A DNA stretch of 64,000 nucleotides, from positions 82,977-146,976 of the forward strand of contig JAKQPK010000050.1 in NCBI GenBank assembly GCA_029564765.1, given 5' to 3'. Under the pieces are notes generated by a model, which was not told the DNA's origin, did not search any database, and saw only the letters and a program-made list of their open reading frames with translations. The DNA comes from Candidatus Omnitrophota bacterium (GTDB lineage Bacteria > Omnitrophota > Gorgyraeia > Zapsychrales > Aceulaceae). Shown here in pieces: positions 49,162-58,818 of the stretch; position 1 is the stretch's first letter, and the number at the start of each line of letters is the position of its first letter. Both the position numbers and the translations under genes were made by a program.

Positions 49162-50342
49162 CGTGCTTTTCGCTCAAGACTCTGATAATGAACGATCTTG
49201 GCACCCGGATAATAATACCTTAAGATATCTTCGAAGCGATATTGCTGCTGAGCCATCGCGCGCGCGCCCCACTGGCAAAGGCCAACGCCGTGTCCCCATC
49301 CTCTTCCAAAGAAATCAACATAATAACCTTTCATCTCAATATCATAGCTATTGCTTTTGAGGATGTTGGGTCCGAGAATATTGCGAAAATCCTTACCAGA
49401 TATCAAAACTTCTTTCCCGTCGCGAGCGATGATCTTGAGCGCTTTAATACGCTGGCTGCGATTGCGCTCCACAACTTGGATCTCTCTTATCAGGCCCAGG
49501 CGATAATCATGCTCATTTAGTTTGTCCTGGATATCCTTCAGCCGCATATTCTTTTTCCATGATGCGTGAGGTGAATCTTTGCAGAAAATACACGGCTGTC
49601 CCGCTAGGGCGCCGATTTCTTGGTTCCAAAGCTCACGGACATTTTCTGTGTGACCCGCGCAGGTGGAATGGTAATAAGATGGAAGGAACTTATTATCATA
49701 AGCCAGCACAAGCCCCTTGGTCCAATCAACAGCTAAATTCGTTCGGTACTTTTCCCTGCTATGGCCACCATAAACCTGCGAAAAGATATCGTTAGTAAGA
49801 TCGTAGAGTGCGTGCCGCTTACCTTGCTTCACATAAAAAGCATACGTCCGAGCAGCGATTGCTTGAGCCTTCAATGTTTCCATTGGCCAACGATCAGGAA
49901 CTTCGCTAGGAAGGACTCCCTTAATATACTTTTCAAGTTCAACAACGTTCACAACGGTCAACTTGCTGTTATCTGTCTTAAAGATATCGATCTCGCCGCG
50001 AAAACTCTTGTTATTGACAAAGATGGATGCGTCACGATTCGCAAAAACCTTAAGAGCGCTAACAGGGAGATCTGTTCCGGCGATATGGATCCCAGATCCT
50101 GATACGCTGACACGAGACTCTTTGAGCACCGAGCCTTCTAAAAGGATCTGGTCCGTTCCGTGATCATAGAGGACATACGGCCCCTGAATATGGATCATAA
50201 AAATATCGGCTTCCCGCAAGATCGCCACGCGGATCGTCTCTACTGCAGGCTGATCAGTAGTTAGAAAAAGATTTGTAAAGCTGCAGCTTGGCAGAAGAAA
50301 GACCGACAAAATTAAAATGATAAAATATTTTTTCATCATCAA
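49158..50342 (-). CDS. SpoIID/LytB-domain lipoprotein (lytic transglycosylase-like)
   Basis: Lipobox LPSC, LKAQAIAARTY, SQVY, GWGHGVGLCQWGA. Confidence 0.92.
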   Translation of the reverse strand: MMMKKYFIILILSVFLLPSCSFTNLFLTTDQPAVETIRVAILREADIFMIHIQGPYVLYDHGTDQILLEGSVLKESRVSVSGSGIHIAGTDLPVSALKVFANRDASIFVNNKSFRGEIDIFKTDNSKLTVVNVVELEKYIKGVLPSEVPDRWPMETLKAQAIAARTYAFYVKQGKRHALYDLTNDIFSQVYGGHSREKYRTNLAVDWTKGLVLAYDNKFLPSYYHSTCAGHTENVRELWNQEIGALAGQPCIFCKDSPHASWKKNMRLKDIQDKLNEHDYRLGLIREIQVVERNRSQRIKALKIIARDGKEVLISGKDFRNILGPNILKSNSYDIEMKGYYVDFFGRGWGHGVGLCQWGARAMAQQQYRFEDILRYYYPGAKIVHYQSLERKAR

Positions 50343-50554
50343 CGTTTATTAAAAAGAAATAAAAGAAAACTAATGACAGCACTCAACAAGATGGAGGTCA
50401 TGAGGGGAAAATAAAAAGTAAGATTTCCTTTGCGGATCACAATATCTCCTGGAAGTCGGCCTGCGCCAGGAATGCGTTCTGCTAGCAAGATAATGATCCC
50501 AAGAAGAATCAGGATAATGCCTGCCGCAATGCATATTTTTCCGGATCCCAACAT
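50339..50554 (-). CDS. DUF2905 membrane protein
   Basis: GRLPGDI...FYFPL.TSILLS. Confidence 0.88.
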   Translation of the reverse strand: MLGSGKICIAAGIILILLGIIILLAERIPGAGRLPGDIVIRKGNLTFYFPLMTSILLSAVISFLLFLFNKR

Positions 50555-50557
50555 AAA

Positions 50558-51595
50558 TTATTTGAATAATTGCTGCTGATTGTTGCGTGAAACAAAATCT
50601 GACCCAATATGCTTAAAGCCCTGATCGGTCAATTCCCGGCCGCGCTGCGTCCTCTTTAAGAATCCTCTCTTCAGCAGAAATGGCTCGACAACATCCGTGA
50701 TCGTGTCCACTTCCTCGTTTAGCGTTGCCGCCAACGACTCCACGCCGACAGGGCCACCATTATATTGATCGCGAATAACCATCAAAAGTTTTCGGTCAGA
50801 TTCATCAAGCCCTTCAGTATCAATACCTAAGGTTGCCATGGCCTTAAGAACAACATCGATCGTCACAGCGCCTGCGGAAGTCTTGACTTGCGCATAATCA
50901 CGCACGCGACGTAACAAACGGTTGGCAATACGAGGAGTCCCGCGCGCGCGCTTAGCGATCTCCGCTGCGGCCTGCTCGTCGATCGCAACGGAAAGCTTTT
51001 TGGAAGAATTCAAAACGATCTGCTGCAGATCTTCAAGGCGATAAAAATCAAGGTGATGGAAGATCCCGAATCGATCTCGTAGGGGTGATGCCAAAAGCCC
51101 ACTGCGTGTTGTCGCGCCGATCAAGGTGAAAGGCTTTAAATTAAACTTGATCGTCTTCGCGTAAGGCCCTTTATCCACGATAAAATCGATCTGAAAGTTT
51201 TCCATTGCCGGATACAAAAATTCTTCCACGGCCTTAGAAAGGCGATGGATTTCATCGATAAAAAGGACGTCTCCTTTTTCTAAATTTGTCAGGATTCCAA
51301 TGAAGTCACCAGCCCGATCGATCGCCGGCCCGGATGTGACCGTAATGCGCGTGTTCATCTCATGGGCAATAATATATGCCAAAGATGTTTTTCCTAGTCC
51401 AGGCGGACCGGAAAAAAGCATATGTTCAACAGGCTCGCCGCGCTGGGTAGCAGCCTGCAAAGAGACCTTTAAATTCTCAACGAGGTCTTTTTGGCCAATA
51501 AAATCATCAAGCTTCATCGGACGCAAAGACAAACTGACAATTGCGTCCTCTTCTGTTTCTGTATTTAAAACAAGTCGTTGTCGTTCCTGTGACAT
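50558..51595 (-). CDS. ruvB: Holliday junction helicase RuvB
   Basis: LRP..DFIGQ, GPPGLGKT, FIDEIHRL, RGTPRIANRLL; start moved to MSQER. Confidence 0.97.
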   Translation of the reverse strand: MSQERQRLVLNTETEEDAIVSLSLRPMKLDDFIGQKDLVENLKVSLQAATQRGEPVEHMLFSGPPGLGKTSLAYIIAHEMNTRITVTSGPAIDRAGDFIGILTNLEKGDVLFIDEIHRLSKAVEEFLYPAMENFQIDFIVDKGPYAKTIKFNLKPFTLIGATTRSGLLASPLRDRFGIFHHLDFYRLEDLQQIVLNSSKKLSVAIDEQAAAEIAKRARGTPRIANRLLRRVRDYAQVKTSAGAVTIDVVLKAMATLGIDTEGLDESDRKLLMVIRDQYNGGPVGVESLAATLNEEVDTITDVVEPFLLKRGFLKRTQRGRELTDQGFKHIGSDFVSRNNQQQLFK

Positions 51596-51596
51596 A

Positions 51597-52433
51597 TCAA
51601 CTCGCTGGTCCTGTTGCCTCTTGAGAGTCCACATCATCCGATGCCGGCTCTTCAGGCTGGGGTTGTGATCCAGGCCCCTCAGGCTCTTGATCGTTGTGTG
51701 ACAATTCTAGGTTCTCTTTGTTGCGAACAACTTCTATCTCGCCAAAAATACCCTTTTGCACCGCTACGACCTCACGCAGACGGATCAACTCTAAGATGGC
51801 CATGAAGGTCACGATCACCTCGTCCTTGCTGCGTGCCTTCATGAATAGTTCCGTCAAAACCACCGTATTCTGGTGTAGGAACAAATGAAGGATGTCGTGG
51901 ATCTTTTGCTCAACGGTAAATTCTTCCTTAATAACCTCATAAAAAACATCCTTTGGAACATTCTTTAAGGCGTTCGCGAAAGCCGAAATAAGATCAAAAA
52001 GGCTCGCCTCAAAATAAACCTCGGTCGCGTCCTCTTTTAATGCTTTGATCTTTTCTTCATCGATCTTACGATTGAAAAAGTCTTGACGAGTGAGCTCTTT
52101 TTGTCGAAGATCCTCTGCGGCTTCCTTGAATTTCTTGTACTCCAAAAGACGCTGAACAAGTTCATCGCGTGGATCTATTTCTTCAGTCGCCTGTTCGGAT
52201 GGGTCCGGCGGAAGCAACATCTTAGACTTGATCTGCATAAGCGTAGCCGCCATGACCAGAAAATCACCTACAACATCCAGATCGAGAAGCTTCATCATAT
52301 CAAGATATTCCATGTACTGATCCGTGATCTGCGATATAGGAATATCGTAAATATTCAACTCATCTTTCTTGATAAGGTACAAGAGAAGATCTAGGGGGCC
52401 TTCAAAAACTTCAAGTTTGATCTTATAGTTCAT
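51597..52433 (-). CDS. scpA: Segregation and condensation protein A (kleisin)
   Basis: FEGPLDLLL.LI, FLVMAATL..IKS, F.AILEL. Confidence 0.94.
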   Translation of the reverse strand: MNYKIKLEVFEGPLDLLLYLIKKDELNIYDIPISQITDQYMEYLDMMKLLDLDVVGDFLVMAATLMQIKSKMLLPPDPSEQATEEIDPRDELVQRLLEYKKFKEAAEDLRQKELTRQDFFNRKIDEEKIKALKEDATEVYFEASLFDLISAFANALKNVPKDVFYEVIKEEFTVEQKIHDILHLFLHQNTVVLTELFMKARSKDEVIVTFMAILELIRLREVVAVQKGIFGEIEVVRNKENLELSHNDQEPEGPGSQPQPEEPASDDVDSQEATGPAS

Positions 52434-52435
52434 AT

Positions 52436-53419
52436 CTATCGAAAAATTTGTTGGCGGACTTCTTGCATGGTCTTTTCCGCGATCGCCTTCGCCTTTTTAG
52501 CGCCAAGAGCTAAGACCGCCTGAACCTTATCCGGATTAGCGGCGATCTCTTGACGTTTCTGCTGTATGGGCTCAAGCTCCCTAATAATTGCCCGCGCGAG
52601 TATCTTCTTGCATTCCGTACACCCTTTTTGGGCCTTTGTACACCAAGCGCAAACATCCTGTACCTGCGATGGGTCAAAAACTTTGTAATAACTAAAAACA
52701 TTACACACATCCGGATGGCCAGGATCGCTGAGCTTTATCCGCTGAGGATCTGTGATCATGGACGATATCTTCTTTTCAATAACAGGCAAAGGATCGGAAA
52801 GATTGATCGCGTTATCATAACTTTTGCTCATCTTGCGGCCATCGAGCCCTAAAAGACGCGGGGTCTGAGTAAGGATTGCCTGGCAATCCTCGAACACTTC
52901 CTTTTTGTACAAATGATTGAACTTACGGGCGATCTCGCGGGTCAATTCGATGTGAGGAAGTTGATCTTCCCCGATGGGAACAGCGTTGGCCTTATACAGC
53001 AAGATGTCCGCGGCTTGCAGGACAGGATATCCGAGAAAACCATAAGTGTGCAGGTCCCTTGTCTGGATCTCGCGCAACTGCTCTTTATATGTTGGGTTGC
53101 GCTCGAGCCATCCTAAGGGCGTAAAACACGAGAACGTCATATACAGCTCAAGATGCTCGGGAACATCGGATTGCACGAACACGATCGATCTTTCGGGGTC
53201 GATCCCGCAGGCCATCCAATCCACAGCCATCTCAAAGATATTTTCTTTGATATGCGAACTGTCTTCATACTCTCCCATCAGTGCATGCCAATCAACAATA
53301 CTGAAAATACAGCGATATTCTTTCTGCAGCGCGACCCAATTTTGCAGGGCCCCAACAAGATGACCCAAATGCAGCTTGCCAGTAGGCCGCATACCGCTAA
53401 AAATGGTCTTTAAGCTCAT
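52436..53419 (-). CDS. trpS: Tryptophan--tRNA ligase
   Basis: SGMRPTGKLHLGH, YPVLQAADIL, GEDQ, KMSKS. Confidence 0.97.
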   Translation of the reverse strand: MSLKTIFSGMRPTGKLHLGHLVGALQNWVALQKEYRCIFSIVDWHALMGEYEDSSHIKENIFEMAVDWMACGIDPERSIVFVQSDVPEHLELYMTFSCFTPLGWLERNPTYKEQLREIQTRDLHTYGFLGYPVLQAADILLYKANAVPIGEDQLPHIELTREIARKFNHLYKKEVFEDCQAILTQTPRLLGLDGRKMSKSYDNAINLSDPLPVIEKKISSMITDPQRIKLSDPGHPDVCNVFSYYKVFDPSQVQDVCAWCTKAQKGCTECKKILARAIIRELEPIQQKRQEIAANPDKVQAVLALGAKKAKAIAEKTMQEVRQQIFR

Positions 53420-53431
53420 CGGATCCCCGCC

Positions 53432-55879
53432 TTATAGTTCCCGCTGAATAGTTTCAAGTTCATACGCCTCGATGACATCGCCAACCTCGATCCCTGTGAA
53501 ACCTCTCAAGGTAATACCGCACTCAAAACCTTCCTTGACCTCACGGACATCATCCTTAAAGCGCTTAAGAGAGTCGATCTCTCCAGTAAAGATCTCTTGT
53601 CCGTTGCGCATGATCGCTATCTTTGCCTTACGATCGATGCGTCCTTTCTGCACAAAGCATCCGGCGACAACACCTGATTTGCTCAATTTGAAAACTTGAC
53701 GGATATCCACCCGGCCCGTGAACTTCTTTCGGATCTTTGGCTCTAAAAGGCCGGACAACGCTTTTTTAATATCATCGACCGCATCGTAAATAATACGATA
53801 GGTCCTGATGTCCACGCTCTGTTTAGCAAGCTCTTCCTTGGCTTTCACATCAGCTTCCACCTGGAACCCAACAATGATCGCGTTGGAAACTTGAGCCAAG
53901 ATCACATCGGCCGCGTTGATCTCCCCGATGCCGGTATGCAAGAATTTAATTTGCACCTCATCATTAGAAAGCTTTATCAAAGAATCCTTTAGCGCTTCGA
54001 GCGAGCCTTGGACATCGGTTTTCAGAATAATATTCAGATCTTTGACCTTCCCTTGCTGGATCTGAGAATACAGATCCTCCAAGGTAATGCGCTGGGCTGA
54101 TTGAAGACGTTTATTTTTGATCTGCTCGGAACGCATTTCGCAGATCTCTCTAGCTTTCTTTTCATCAGAAACCACATAAAATAGTTCTCCCGCTTCCGGA
54201 ACTCCCCCAAGGCCTAAGATCTCCAGCGGAACAGCTGGCGTGGCAACCTTGAGCGCGCGACCATGATCATCCAGCATGGCCTTGATGCGACCTGAATAAG
54301 GGCCAGCGACAACAATATCCCCATCCTTTAAGGTTCCCGCCTGAACGATAACCGAAGCCACAGATCCTCTGCCGTGGCTGAGATGCGCCTCAACAACGAT
54401 GCCCGTTGCAGGCCTATCATAATTGGCCTTAAGCTCTAATATTTCGGCCTCCAAAAGGATCATTTCCAAAAGCTTGTCAACGCCTTCCCCTGTCGTTGCT
54501 GAAACACCTACTGTGATCGTTTTTCCTCCCCAATCCTCAGGCATAAGATCTTTTTCGGAAAGCTGTTTCTTCACACGGTCTAAATTAATGTTACGTTTAT
54601 CGATCTTGTTGATCGCGACAACGATCGGAACATTCGCTGCGCGTGCATGGTCAATGGCCTCTTCCGTCTGGGGCATAACGCCCTCATCTGCGGCAACCAC
54701 AAGAATGACGATATCAGTGATATGCGCACCTCGGGCACGCATGGCGGTAAATGCCGCGTGTCCTGGCGTATCCAAGAATGTGATCTTCCCTCGAGCGGTT
54801 TCAACAGAATATGCCGCCATGTGCTGCGTAATGCCTCCATGCTCTTGATCAACAACATTACTTTTACGAATACGGTCCAGCAAAGATGTCTTACCATGGT
54901 CAACATGTCCCATGAACGTAATGACCGGGGGACGAGGCTTCAACAAGGAAGGATCATCATTCTCTGTATGCAAAGCAAAAAGCTGTTCTTCTTCTGTTTT
55001 CGCCACGCGGTGTGTAAAGCTCAGATCTTCCTGGATCTTTAAAATAACTTCTTCTGTTAAATTTTGGTTAATCGTCGCCAAGACACCTTTTTGCATCAAA
55101 ACTTTCAGAATAGCGCTTGGTTTCTGCTGGATCTTGACCGACAGGTCCTTAACGTTAATAGGAAAACTGAGCTCAACCTCTCGGGAAGGCCTCTGGCTAA
55201 CGATCACTTCTGCAAGCTGCGGACGATGATGTTCCGAGCGAAACGGCCGATGGGACTCAGAATGTCTTGGTCGTCGATGGTCAGAATACTTTGGAATGAC
55301 GATCTCCACCTGCGAAGGCACGGGTTTAACGACCGGGCTGGCTGGTTGCGCAACCGCTGGCTGAGGTCGTGCGGTCACAGATTCGACTGGCTTTTCAGGG
55401 GCTGCGACGGTCGCGATAGGAACAACTGGCTTCTTTTGAACTTTTTCTTTCGCAGAAACCTGAACCTTTTCCTTGGAAGCAACAGGAGCCTTTGCTTGCT
55501 TCGCTTTTTTTGGGTCGCCTGCAGGCTTTTTCTCGGTCGCGGGGCTTTTTTTCTCGATAGCCTTCTTAGGAGCCTTCACTGATTTTTCTTTTTTTTCAGA
55601 AGTTTTTTTAGCTTTTGAGGTCTTGGATGTTTTCTTCTCTTCAGGCTCCTTAACATCAATATGGGCCCATTTAGGCTTAGGCGCCATGGGGCGGCCTTCC
55701 TCTTTTTTCAAAGGGATAGCTTTCTTGCCCTTAGCGTCCAAGGAGCGGCGCACGATCGCCATACCCGCAACGCTTAACTCCTGCTGAGCATTCACCGCTT
55801 TCATCTTGAATGATTTTAACTCTGCGAGAATGTCTTCACTCTTTAAACCATATTCTTTTGCGAGATCAGAAACTTTCAT
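53432..55879 (-). CDS. infB: Translation initiation factor IF-2
   Basis: GHVDHGKT, GGITQH, DTPGH, NKID, SLKRFKDD. Confidence 0.98.
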   Translation of the reverse strand: MKVSDLAKEYGLKSEDILAELKSFKMKAVNAQQELSVAGMAIVRRSLDAKGKKAIPLKKEEGRPMAPKPKWAHIDVKEPEEKKTSKTSKAKKTSEKKEKSVKAPKKAIEKKSPATEKKPAGDPKKAKQAKAPVASKEKVQVSAKEKVQKKPVVPIATVAAPEKPVESVTARPQPAVAQPASPVVKPVPSQVEIVIPKYSDHRRPRHSESHRPFRSEHHRPQLAEVIVSQRPSREVELSFPINVKDLSVKIQQKPSAILKVLMQKGVLATINQNLTEEVILKIQEDLSFTHRVAKTEEEQLFALHTENDDPSLLKPRPPVITFMGHVDHGKTSLLDRIRKSNVVDQEHGGITQHMAAYSVETARGKITFLDTPGHAAFTAMRARGAHITDIVILVVAADEGVMPQTEEAIDHARAANVPIVVAINKIDKRNINLDRVKKQLSEKDLMPEDWGGKTITVGVSATTGEGVDKLLEMILLEAEILELKANYDRPATGIVVEAHLSHGRGSVASVIVQAGTLKDGDIVVAGPYSGRIKAMLDDHGRALKVATPAVPLEILGLGGVPEAGELFYVVSDEKKAREICEMRSEQIKNKRLQSAQRITLEDLYSQIQQGKVKDLNIILKTDVQGSLEALKDSLIKLSNDEVQIKFLHTGIGEINAADVILAQVSNAIIVGFQVEADVKAKEELAKQSVDIRTYRIIYDAVDDIKKALSGLLEPKIRKKFTGRVDIRQVFKLSKSGVVAGCFVQKGRIDRKAKIAIMRNGQEIFTGEIDSLKRFKDDVREVKEGFECGITLRGFTGIEVGDVIEAYELETIQREL

Positions 55880-55897
55880 GGATATCCTTCTTGGCTA

Positions 55898-57094
55898 CTA
55901 TTTTTTTGAAGAAAGGGATTTGGCTTCTTTAATGATCTTTGCCGCTTTTACTTTTCCCAATCCCTTGATCTGGGACAATTCATCAACTGAGCTTTCCGCG
56001 ATCGACTCAAGGGTTGTAAATCCTTTTTCTTGCAATAATGTGACAAGTTTATCCCCCACACCGCTTAACTGAGCCAGCGCAGAGGGCTCCGTCGATTGCT
56101 CTGTAGGTGTAACGATCTCTGAAGACTTTTCTGGAAGCTTCTCTGCGTGCTCTTTCCATTGCGTCAAGGAGAAAACCTCCAACTGCCATCCAACAAGTTG
56201 ACTTGCAAGGCGGATATTCTGGCCATGCTTGCCGATAGCGATCGATAACTGGTCATCTGCCACGACGATATCCGCACGCCTCTCAGCAGCATAAAGATGC
56301 ATTTGCGCGATCTCAGCCGGTGACATGGCCGCCTGAATATATGTTTTTTTGTCTTCGCTGTAGCGAACAATATCGATCTTCTCTCCGTGAAGTTCGGTCA
56401 CAATGCTCTTGACGCGTGACCCGCGCATACCCACGCACGCGCCAACACAGTCGATCTTTTCTTCTTTAGAATAGACCGCGATCTTTGTGCGCTCTCCCGG
56501 GTCACGGGCAATTGACTTAACCTCTACGATACCGTCGTAGATCTCAGGGACTTCCAGCTCAAATAAACGCTTGACAAAATGTGGATGCGCCCGCGAAAGG
56601 ACGATCTGAGGGCCTTTTGTCTCTCGTCGGACATCCAAGACATAAGCGCGGATACGATCTCCCTGTTTGAATTCTTCCTTGCCGGATTGCTCACTGCGGG
56701 GGATGAATGCTTCTGTCTTGCTCAAGTCAACAATGATATTCCCTTTATCGATGCGGTACACGCTGCCTGTAACGATCTGGCCGATACGCGCCTGATATTC
56801 GCTAAATACAACATCTTTTTCTGCTTCCCGGATCTTCTGAATAACAACCTGCTTAGCGGTTTGAGCAGCAATACGACCAAAATCTTTTGATTTGATCTCC
56901 TCGCCATCCGCATAAGCCATCAGCTTACCTGTCTTTCGATCAAGAACAACCTGGATCTCTTGCTCTTTGCCAACCGTCCAGATCTTCTTAGCGGCTGAAG
57001 CCACAGCTGTTTCCACAGCTTGGATCAAGATCTCCTTATCAACGCCTTTATCGCGTTCAATTTGGTCTAAAATCATCAACAATTCACTGTCCAT
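55898..57094 (-). CDS. nusA: Transcription factor NusA
   Basis: FGRIAAQTAKQ, EVPEI, GACVGMRGSR, AIGKHGQN; C-terminal HhH. Confidence 0.97.
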   Translation of the reverse strand: MDSELLMILDQIERDKGVDKEILIQAVETAVASAAKKIWTVGKEQEIQVVLDRKTGKLMAYADGEEIKSKDFGRIAAQTAKQVVIQKIREAEKDVVFSEYQARIGQIVTGSVYRIDKGNIIVDLSKTEAFIPRSEQSGKEEFKQGDRIRAYVLDVRRETKGPQIVLSRAHPHFVKRLFELEVPEIYDGIVEVKSIARDPGERTKIAVYSKEEKIDCVGACVGMRGSRVKSIVTELHGEKIDIVRYSEDKKTYIQAAMSPAEIAQMHLYAAERRADIVVADDQLSIAIGKHGQNIRLASQLVGWQLEVFSLTQWKEHAEKLPEKSSEIVTPTEQSTEPSALAQLSGVGDKLVTLLQEKGFTTLESIAESSVDELSQIKGLGKVKAAKIIKEAKSLSSKK

Positions 57095-57108
57095 ACAACA
57101 TCCTTCCT

Positions 57109-57561
57109 TTAAAATACATGTTGTGCTTTATTGATCAACTGAAAAGAAATATCCACCTCAACACCCCTGCTCTGAATGATCACGTTTGTTTCATCCGAAC
57201 GCAAAATAATGCCTTGCCATTCTAAGCGTCCCTGGACAGGTTCTTTCAGGTAAAAAACGACCTCTTTTCCTGTTGCCCTAGAAAAATCTTTATCGCTGAC
57301 AAGCGGCCGGTCGATACCCGGTGAAGAAACTTCCAGCGTATAGCTCCCTGAAAAAATATTCTCTTTCTCAAGAATGGTATCGATCTGTCGACTAAGATCG
57401 GCGCATTCATCGACCGTGATCCCCCCTCGCGGTCTGTCAGCTAAAATTTGTACCGCGTCCGCGCCTCTGCGATGAGGACAATAAACATCCACCAGATCAA
57501 ACCCTTGCTCAACCAAGAAAGGCCCTACCAGACTTGAGATCTTATCTTTAAGATCCTGCAT
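57109..57561 (-). CDS. rimP: Ribosome maturation factor RimP
   Basis: GITVDEC..LSR, YTLEVSSPGIDRPL. Confidence 0.95.
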   Translation of the reverse strand: MQDLKDKISSLVGPFLVEQGFDLVDVYCPHRRGADAVQILADRPRGGITVDECADLSRQIDTILEKENIFSGSYTLEVSSPGIDRPLVSDKDFSRATGKEVVFYLKEPVQGRLEWQGIILRSDETNVIIQSRGVEVDISFQLINKAQHVF

Positions 57562-58815
57562 CTAACGTAAAACCTCTTTCAGTTTTTCTGCTACACGAGC
57601 GAGCTCGACAGCAAATACCGTTCCACTACGGCGGTCCTTGATCTCAGCCTTCCCCTCTGCTAACATGCGCTTACCGAGCGTTATGCGATAAGGGATCCCG
57701 ATCAGATCCGCATCATTAAATTTCTTTCCAGGGCTTTCATCACGGTCATCCATAAAAACATCGACTCCATGCCTGACCAGGCCATCATACAGCTCATCGG
57801 CTTGACGCATCATATCACCATCACCAACCTGAAGAGGAAGGATCTCAACCTCAAAAGGTGCTACTTCTTTTGGCCAAACAATGCCAGCAGCATCGTTATT
57901 CTTTTCAATGATCGTTGCGATCAAGCGACTAACGCCGATCCCGTAACAACCCATGACAACGGTCTTCTTCTGCCCTTTTTCATCTAAAAAGCTTACGTCC
58001 AAGGCCTTGCTGTATTTTGTTCCTAGCTGAAAAATATGCCCTATCTCGATCGCGGACTTTTTGGTCAATGTTCCTTTCTGGCAGGCCGGACAACCACTCC
58101 CATCTTTGCCCTTATTGATACCGCAAGCATGGCCACAAGCGTCGCAGCAAAGAACTTCGTCTTCGCCGATCTCTGCTGGCACCATATACTCATGTGAAAT
58201 ATCGCCTCCCATTGCACCCGAATCAGCCTCGACGATCACAATCTTTAGCCCGCAACGCGAGAAAATCTTCTGATAAGCTGTGTACATAAGCTCATAATTC
58301 TTTCTCAAGCCTTGCTCATCCTGATCAAAACTATATGCGTCTTTCATGATAAACTCACAAGCGCGGACAATGCCAAAACGTGGACGCATTTCATCTCGAA
58401 ATTTTGTTTGGATCTGATAAAGGACCACCGGCAACTGCTTATAAGATCGTACATGGTTCTTGACCAAGTCCGTGATCACTTCTTCATGTGTTGGCCCCAA
58501 GCACATGGCCCGGCCTTTTTTATCTTTGAATTGGATCATGACATCTTTTAGTGTTTCGTCGCGCCCAGTTCTTTTCCACAATTCCATCGGCTGCAGTGAC
58601 GGCAAAAGAAGCTCGCGAGCGCCAATAGCGTTCATCTCTTCATTGATGATCCCCTCGATCTTACGTAACACGCGAAGCCCAAGCGGAAGGTAAGAATAAA
58701 CCCCAGAGGTAAGCATCTGAACTAATCCTGAGCGTAACAAAAGCTGATGACTTACAGCCTCTGTCCCGATGGGGATCTCTTTGATCGTTGGGATATAAAA
58801 TTGGCTCCAGCGCAT
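57562..58815 (-). CDS. proS: Proline--tRNA ligase (short form)
   Basis: LGPTHEE, QTKFRDE.RPRFG, EF.MKDAYSF, GHIFQLG, MGCYGIG. Confidence 0.96.
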   Translation of the reverse strand: MRWSQFYIPTIKEIPIGTEAVSHQLLLRSGLVQMLTSGVYSYLPLGLRVLRKIEGIINEEMNAIGARELLLPSLQPMELWKRTGRDETLKDVMIQFKDKKGRAMCLGPTHEEVITDLVKNHVRSYKQLPVVLYQIQTKFRDEMRPRFGIVRACEFIMKDAYSFDQDEQGLRKNYELMYTAYQKIFSRCGLKIVIVEADSGAMGGDISHEYMVPAEIGEDEVLCCDACGHACGINKGKDGSGCPACQKGTLTKKSAIEIGHIFQLGTKYSKALDVSFLDEKGQKKTVVMGCYGIGVSRLIATIIEKNNDAAGIVWPKEVAPFEVEILPLQVGDGDMMRQADELYDGLVRHGVDVFMDDRDESPGKKFNDADLIGIPYRITLGKRMLAEGKAEIKDRRSGTVFAVELARVAEKLKEVLR

Positions 58816-58818
58816 CGA

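Noticed and set aside
55240-55720. Lys/Pro/Ala-rich low-complexity stretch
   Set aside because: Normal variable N-terminal region of IF-2.
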